Part shown: one piece after another, positions 5,886 to 11,176 of the stretch
Position numbering within the stretch: position 1 is the stretch's first letter
Layout: each line of letters starts with the position of its first letter
Assembly: GCA_963788485.1 (NCBI GenBank)
Contig: CAWBIS010000206.1
Span: forward strand, 22,301 to 86,300
DNA: 64,000 nucleotides
Source of the DNA: Terriglobia bacterium
GTDB taxonomy: Bacteria; Acidobacteriota; Terriglobia; Bryobacterales; Bryobacteraceae
Direction: 5' to 3'
Program-made: the position numbers and the translations under genes
Notes under the pieces: generated by a model
Databases searched by the model: none
Told to the model about the DNA's origin: nothing
What the model saw: only the letters and a program-made list of their open reading frames with translations

Positions 5886-8791
5886 CAGTGCATCGCTTCG
5901 AGACAGCGCTGGTGGTTGGCTGCGAAGAGTTTCGTATTGGGATGTTCCGGTCCGAGAACTCGAAGGGCAGCTTCGAGAGCGCGGCGGTAGAGAGGCTCGG
6001 CGGCGGCGTAATCCCCCTGGCTCGCCAGCAGGTGCGCCAGATTGTTGACCGAAGCGAGGGTATCGGGATGCTCGGGCCCCAGCACGCGCTCCCTGGCCTC
6101 GAGAGCGCGGCGGTAGAGAGGCTCGGCGGCGGCGTAATCCCCCTGGCTCTCCAGCAGGTACGCCAGATTGTTGACCGAACCGAGGGTATCGGGATGCTGG
6201 GGTCCCAGCACGCGCTCCCTGGCTTCGAGAGCGCGGCGGTAGAGAGGCTCGGCGGCGGCGTAATTCCCCTGGCTCTCCAGCAGGCCCGCCAGATTGTTGA
6301 CCGAAGTGAGGGTATCGGGATGCTCGGCTCCCAGCACGCGCTCACTGGCTTCGAGAGCGCGGCGGTAGAGAGGCTCGGCGACGGCGTAATCCCCCTGTCT
6401 CTCCAGCAGGTACGCCAGATTGTTGACCGAACCGAGGGTATCGGGATGCTCGGGTCCCAGCACGCGCTCCCTGGCTTCGAGAGCGCGGCGGTAGAGAGGC
6501 TCGGCGGCGGCGTAATCCCCCTGGCTCGCCAGCAGGCCCGCCAGATTGTTGACCGAACCGAGGGTATCGGGATGCTCGGGTCCCAGCACGCGCTCCCTGG
6601 CTTCGAGAGCGCGGCGGTAGAGAGGCTCCGCGGCGGCGTAATCCCCCTGGCTCGCCAGCAGGCCCGCCAGATTGTTGATCGAAGTGAGGGTAGCGGGATG
6701 CTCGGGTCCCAGCACGCGCTCCCAGGCTTCGAGAGCGCGGCGGTAGAGAGGCTCGGCGGCGGTGTAATCCCCCTGACTCTTCAGCAGGTACGCCAGATTG
6801 TTGACCGAACCGAGGGTATCGGGATGCTCGGGTCCCAGCACGCGCTCACAGGCTTCGAGAGCGCGGCGGTAGAGAGGCTTGGCGGCTGCGTAATCCCCCT
6901 GTCTCGCCAGCAGGCCCGCCAGATTGTTGACCGAAGTGAGGGTATCGGGATGCTCGGGTCCCAGCACGCGCTCCCAGGCTTCGAGAGCGCGGCGGTAGAG
7001 AGGCTCGGCGGCGGCGTAATCCCCCTGGCTCTCCAGCATGCCCGCCAGATTGTTGACCGAACCGAGGGTATCGGGATGCTCGGCTCCCAGCACGCGCTCC
7101 CTGGCTTCGAGAGCGCGGCGGGCTGCCTCCGAGCCCTTGCGGTAGCTTCCGGCGTGGCGAAACGCGCTGGCCAGTTCCCCCCAGATCTTTGCCTGTAATT
7201 CTCTCTCGACCAAATCGCATCCGGCCAATGCGCGCGAATGGCTGACCAGTCCGGCCCAGATACGCTGGCTTTCGCGATCCCACGAGGGCGCCGGCGTCGC
7301 ACGAAAGTACATCTCGGCCGCTCTTTGCGCAACTTTCCCGGCGCGGTCGCCCATCTCGTGCCGTTCCACCGCCTGCACCAGCGCATGGACTAAAATGCAT
7401 CCGCCCGACTCCTGCTTCGCCATCGAATATCGCAGCAGGCTTTCCTTCCAGTCGCGAACGGCTTCCTCATCGGGAACATCCGTCGCCGCCTCTGCCGCCA
7501 GTTGTTCCGCCCCGGCAATATAGAGGCTGACGGGGAACGGTGTCGGCGCGAAGAATGCGTGCAGCCGCAACATCGCGCGCGCACCGGCCGGCAGCGCATC
7601 AAGTGTCGTCCTCCAGGTCAGATAAACCGAATCCGGATAGTCCGTCGCGCCCGGCGTCCGCCTCTTCAGATAATGTCGCTCATTTACCTCAAATCGCCGC
7701 GAATAGTCCGCAAACCCGACCTCGGGATGCTGCGCCACATATGCTGCCGCCTGCTCCAACGCCAACGGCAGGTACTGCAGTTTCTCCGCCACCCGATCCG
7801 CCGCCGCTTCCTCGCCCGCAATCCCTGCCCGCTCGCCGCGCCGGAGCAACAGCTCCCGCGCCGGCTCCGGGTCCAGTACCCAAACCGGATGCGTGGCAAT
7901 CCCCTCCGACCACTCCGTAAAGCGCGAAGTAATCAGCACGTGGCAATTCCCGGAAGCCGGGAGCCAGGGAAGAACGGACTTCTCATTCTCGGCGTTGTCG
8001 AGAATCAGCAGCCTCTGTTCCGAATACGGCTGCTCCAGTTCCTGTTTGGCCCGTTTGGCGCGAATCTCGACCTTAACGGCTTGCTCCTGTCCCGGGTTCA
8101 GCAGGTCGTAAATCTCCGCGAACCCGGTCTCCAGACCGGTGCGGCAATCCACCCAGAACATCTGGCGATAGCAGCGCCAGAACTTCTCCGCATAATGGCG
8201 CGCCAGGGTGGTCTTGCCGATGCCGCCCAGCGCCGGAAGCGCGATCACGCTGCCCTGCGTCAGCGCCGTCGGCCGGCTCAGAAACAGCTTCTCGTGCAGT
8301 TCGACCATGGTTGGGTCACGCCCGACGAAATGCTCGATCGGACGGTGTTTCAGGAGGGTTGCCCGGCCTTTTTCCCCACGCACGGGCCGCGGCTCATCGC
8401 GATAGGTCTGCAGGCGTGCGATCAACCGCTCCCAGTCGGAGGAGGTGGCGGACTCGTAAACCACCAGATCGCTCTGAAAGATTGAGAGGGGCGGCGTGAC
8501 CGCTTCCGTCCACGTGCCCCGAAGCAGCAAAGGAACCACGCGCGCCGCGCCGTAGGTTTCATAACGAGTCCAGAGCGAATTTTTCCATTGCGGCGTCAGT
8601 AGAGGAATCACGATGCGGCTGGCCTCGCAATGCCGTTCGATCTCCTCATGCCAGCGCATTTCGGGTGCGAGATAGGCCTTGTCCCACCAGACCTTGAAAC
8701 CTGCCGCAGTCAGGCGCGCGTGGATTTCTTCGGCCACGGCAGCATCTTCAGAACAATAGCTCAGGAAGCAATCGTAATATTCGGGAAACAC
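5885..8791 (-). CDS. TIR - NB-ARC (STAND NTPase) - TPR repeat protein
   Basis: TIR domain: YDCFLSYCSEDAAVAEEIHARLTAAGFKVWWDK ... NSLWTRYE (candidate catalytic Glu). NB-ARC domain: Walker A GGIGKTTLA (8207-8227), Walker B LLILDNAE, HVLITSR and YLPLALEQAA (GLPLAL-like). About ten 42-aa kinesin-light-chain-type TPR units follow (YRRALEARERVLGPEHPDTLGSVNNLAGLL.SQGDYAAAEPL). GTG start. Confidence 0.9.
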   Translation of the reverse strand: MFPEYYDCFLSYCSEDAAVAEEIHARLTAAGFKVWWDKAYLAPEMRWHEEIERHCEASRIVIPLLTPQWKNSLWTRYETYGAARVVPLLLRGTWTEAVTPPLSIFQSDLVVYESATSSDWERLIARLQTYRDEPRPVRGEKGRATLLKHRPIEHFVGRDPTMVELHEKLFLSRPTALTQGSVIALPALGGIGKTTLARHYAEKFWRCYRQMFWVDCRTGLETGFAEIYDLLNPGQEQAVKVEIRAKRAKQELEQPYSEQRLLILDNAENEKSVLPWLPASGNCHVLITSRFTEWSEGIATHPVWVLDPEPARELLLRRGERAGIAGEEAAADRVAEKLQYLPLALEQAAAYVAQHPEVGFADYSRRFEVNERHYLKRRTPGATDYPDSVYLTWRTTLDALPAGARAMLRLHAFFAPTPFPVSLYIAGAEQLAAEAATDVPDEEAVRDWKESLLRYSMAKQESGGCILVHALVQAVERHEMGDRAGKVAQRAAEMYFRATPAPSWDRESQRIWAGLVSHSRALAGCDLVERELQAKIWGELASAFRHAGSYRKGSEAARRALEARERVLGAEHPDTLGSVNNLAGMLESQGDYAAAEPLYRRALEAWERVLGPEHPDTLTSVNNLAGLLARQGDYAAAKPLYRRALEACERVLGPEHPDTLGSVNNLAYLLKSQGDYTAAEPLYRRALEAWERVLGPEHPATLTSINNLAGLLASQGDYAAAEPLYRRALEARERVLGPEHPDTLGSVNNLAGLLASQGDYAAAEPLYRRALEARERVLGPEHPDTLGSVNNLAYLLERQGDYAVAEPLYRRALEASERVLGAEHPDTLTSVNNLAGLLESQGNYAAAEPLYRRALEARERVLGPQHPDTLGSVNNLAYLLESQGDYAAAEPLYRRALEARERVLGPEHPDTLASVNNLAHLLASQGDYAAAEPLYRRALEAALRVLGPEHPNTKLFAANHQRCLEAMH
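5930..7140. repeat. Tandem 126-bp DNA repeats (about 10 units) encoding the TPR array
   Basis: The motif gagagcgcggcggtagagaggctcggcggcggcgtaatccccctg recurs at 5975, 6101, 6227, 6353, 6479, 6605, 6731, 6857, 6983 and (degenerate) 7109. The period is exactly 126 bp and nucleotide identity between units is high. Confidence 0.9.
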
Positions 8792-10486
8792 CTATTTCGC
8801 TCCCAGGTTGGCCGAAAGCTTTCGTTCGCGATGCATGGCCAGCCAGTCCGCGCTTTCGGCCAATGAATGGCAGCCCAGTTCCCGCAGGGTCTCCTCACAT
8901 TTGCCGAACTCTCCGTTGGATTCGAATTCCTCCAGATCCCGGTCGGCATCGTGAAACAAAGTGTGCATCTGTGCGTACTGCCGGGCCTCCTGCGTGAAGC
9001 CCCGGCGCTCGACGTAATCACACGCCAGCGCCGCCCACCACATGGCGACCGGAGCGGTGACTGCAGTCCACTCGCCGAAAGTGAAAAACCGGTTCAGCAG
9101 CGGCAGGGCGAGCCCGGTGATTCCGGCGATGGTGGCCAGAATATGGAAGGCGAGCTTTTTGCGCTTATGGCGCCTGCCGGTTTTCAGGAAATAGTTCCTC
9201 TGACTGACGACCCATTCGCGAGCCAGACGCAATCGGCCGGCGAGTCCCTCAATTTGCGCCGGACTCAGGCTGAGGACGCCCTCATACAGTGCGCATTCGC
9301 TGATGGCGTCGCGGATCCAGACCATTTCTCCGGCCTGTTTGCGAAGGTACTTATCGGCTGCGAGGTCGGGGAGGCCGGCCACCATCCAGAAAAACTGGAC
9401 ACGAAGGGCTTCCGCCAGTGCCCGGTAATCTTCGTGGCGGCCCCGCAGTTCGGCCCTTCGTTCGAGGAGAATAGGCAGGGCCGCAGCGGCGAGACAGGCG
9501 TAGTAGCCGTAAAGCAAATCGTTTTGGCCAGAGATATGGGAAAGCGCCAGGAACAGCCCCGCGAACGCCAGCATGACAAAGGCGAACTGCCAGCTGAGAA
9601 GACCGCGTTCGGCATAGCGGATGGCAAGGGCGTCGGCGCGCGAATAGGCCCCCATCACCCATTTCATAGCGGGCGTGAGGCCCACCGGTTCGCCTTTGGG
9701 GAACAGGTCCCTGCGGCTTCTGGCGACTGCTTTTGGGAAGTCTTTGCCGGCCTGGGCGACGTCCGCGTTGAACTTATCGAGCAAAAGGTAGCAGGCGTGA
9801 TAACCCGCCCATGTGGTCCCGTGGGGGACAGCTTCCTCGCATTTGAGCGCGGGAGTGGCGGAATGCCCGGATCCCGGAGTTCGGGCGGGGATGATGTATA
9901 CCGGGCCCGCGCCTTCGGCGTTGATTCGCGACCGGGAGAGGCGGTGATGGCGACTGTCTCGCCGGAGTTTCATGTCCACGACATCTGTGGCACCGCCTTC
10001 CTTGCGCGCGCGATCCCGGTCCCAGATGGCAATGAGGATCTGGCTGTAACGCACCAGGTATTCGCCGAGAAGGCGGTACTGATGTGCCCGCGGCTCGCCT
10101 GCAAGCCGAACCATCTCCGGGGTGACTCCGGGAGCAAGGGGCAGAGTGATGCATCGGACCGCGCGGTCGCGCATTTCGCAGAATTCCCGGTCGCTCGCTT
10201 CACTGGCGAATTCAGTGCGATAGAGATCTTCCGGCATGGGGAGGATCGCAGCGTAAGAAACCGCGATTTCCTTTTCCTGCGCCACGCGCACGGCGATTCG
10301 GTCGGCGCCTTCGGCCAGGCCGGAAAGCAGCAGGATCGGGGTATGGCGGTAGGCGTGTTTTAGTTTCTTAAAAATGACGCGGATTTCGGTTTCGTAACGC
10401 GGAATATCCTCGTCGATTAGTTTGAGGTGCCCGGTCACGGCTACCACCAGGGAGAGTGAGCCCTTTGTGAAGTCCTCGCTGGCCAT
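8792..10486 (-). CDS. SLOG (LOG/DprA/YpsA-like Rossmannoid) domain protein fused to two tandem 2-TM modules (SLATT/LSDAT-like)
   Basis: N-terminus is LVVAVTGHLKL...ILLLSGLAEGADRIAVRVAQE...ILIAIWDRDRARKEGGATDVV, a YpsA/LOG-like pattern. TM pair 1 is LLSWQFAFVMLAFAGLFLAL / LLYGYYACLAAAALPILL, followed by ELRGRHEDYRALAEALRVQFFW. TM pair 2 is LAFHILATIAGITGLALPLL / WTAVTAPVAMWWAALACDYV, preceded by QRNYFLKTGRRHKRKK. Confidence 0.6.
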   Translation of the reverse strand: MASEDFTKGSLSLVVAVTGHLKLIDEDIPRYETEIRVIFKKLKHAYRHTPILLLSGLAEGADRIAVRVAQEKEIAVSYAAILPMPEDLYRTEFASEASDREFCEMRDRAVRCITLPLAPGVTPEMVRLAGEPRAHQYRLLGEYLVRYSQILIAIWDRDRARKEGGATDVVDMKLRRDSRHHRLSRSRINAEGAGPVYIIPARTPGSGHSATPALKCEEAVPHGTTWAGYHACYLLLDKFNADVAQAGKDFPKAVARSRRDLFPKGEPVGLTPAMKWVMGAYSRADALAIRYAERGLLSWQFAFVMLAFAGLFLALSHISGQNDLLYGYYACLAAAALPILLERRAELRGRHEDYRALAEALRVQFFWMVAGLPDLAADKYLRKQAGEMVWIRDAISECALYEGVLSLSPAQIEGLAGRLRLAREWVVSQRNYFLKTGRRHKRKKLAFHILATIAGITGLALPLLNRFFTFGEWTAVTAPVAMWWAALACDYVERRGFTQEARQYAQMHTLFHDADRDLEEFESNGEFGKCEETLRELGCHSLAESADWLAMHRERKLSANLGAK

Positions 10487-10603
10487 CGGCGGGGTAGCTG
10501 CGATGGTAACACGGGAAATGGGAAAAGCCGGCGAAGCTGGACCGCACGAGTTGGCGACTGGGAGTCGGAAAGAAGGTCTTTCTTTACAGAGTTGAGGGTG
10601 CGG

Positions 10604-10632
10604 ATTATCCCGGAGAGGGCTTTACTTGTCGA
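10604..10632 (-). promoter_or_regulatory. sigma70-like promoter candidate for the SLOG/TIR operon
   Basis: The minus strand reads TCGACA-N17-GATAAT (-35 at 10627-10632, -10 at 10604-10609), about 120 nt upstream of ATG 10486. Confidence 0.3.
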
Positions 10633-10774
10633 AAGGGCTGTTATCAACAGGAATCATTCGCTAGGTGTGTGAGGTTGGACCGTTCCGTTTAGCTCCGGTC
10701 GCCGGGTTTAATCCCACCGCCTTTGAGGCGGCCAGCTTTGAGCAGCTTGGTTCCACGCCCAAGACAATGAGGGA

Positions 10775-10905
10775 GTGGCGGATTACAGGTATAGCACGCA
10801 CGCGGTGTTCGATTTGCAGTATCACGTGCTCTGGTGTACAAAGTACAGATACAAGATACTGCGCGGTCGAGTGGCGGAGTTGCGCGCACGAGCGTTGAGC
10901 CGGGC
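10775..10905 (+). pseudogene. N-terminal remnant of an IS200/IS605-family Y1 transposase (TnpA)
   Basis: YSTHAVFDLQYHVLWCTKYRYKILRGRVAELRAR matches the conserved N-terminus including the HxxYHxVW.TKYR motif. Similarity is lost after ~43 codons, and the catalytic HUH/Tyr parts are absent. Confidence 0.6.
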
Positions 10906-11176
10906 ACCTTCCAGACGGCTTCAGCCGTCCCCGCGCGAATTTAAGTCGTGTTGGATTCTAACGGCTTTAAGCCGGCAGTCGTTAGAAAACAACGGCGCGG
11001 GCGGCCACGCAAGCGCTGGCCATGTCTTGCCACATTCGCGGCACGGCGGAGCGCAGTCAGCGCCTCTTGCTCGGATGGCAGGCCCTTGCCTCGCGTGGTG
11101 CGCATGGCATGTCGGCTTTTCGTATCCCGCAGGTCGCATCGGCGTTGGATATGATATCTGATGTTTAAGACAGCCC

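Noticed and set aside
4786-6345. 519-aa minus-strand ORF as an independent gene
   Set aside because: It is a chimera. Its N-terminal half is an out-of-frame reading of the TPR repeats (PSLSTAALSKPGSACW...). Only its 5150-5570 segment is meaningful, as the middle frame of the frameshifted patatin gene.
5870-7198. 442-aa plus-strand ORF (and ORFs 6781-7386 and 6846-7400) overlapping the TPR array
   Set aside because: These are mirror or alternate-frame products of the 126-bp repeat in high-GC DNA. Their translations are repetitive Arg/Gly-rich strings without motifs, whereas the minus-strand frame gives canonical TPR and NB-ARC motifs.
8867-10363. 498-aa plus-strand ORF antisense to the SLOG-4TM gene. 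Similar long antisense ORFs occur at 13051-13725, 17214-18995, 28819-29904, 35906-36979, 45471-46781, 54462-55889 and 59651-60766.
   Set aside because: This is typical high-GC antisense open frame. The sequences are Arg/Gly/His-rich and low in complexity, have no recognisable motifs, and each is fully covered by a well-supported gene on the other strand.
10948-11161. ORFs between the IS200 remnant and the TIR-WD40 gene (10948-11154, 10921-11217, and the tail of 10775-11161)
   Set aside because: They are Arg/Cys/Pro-rich with no motifs, and are most likely non-coding debris left by the IS remnant.
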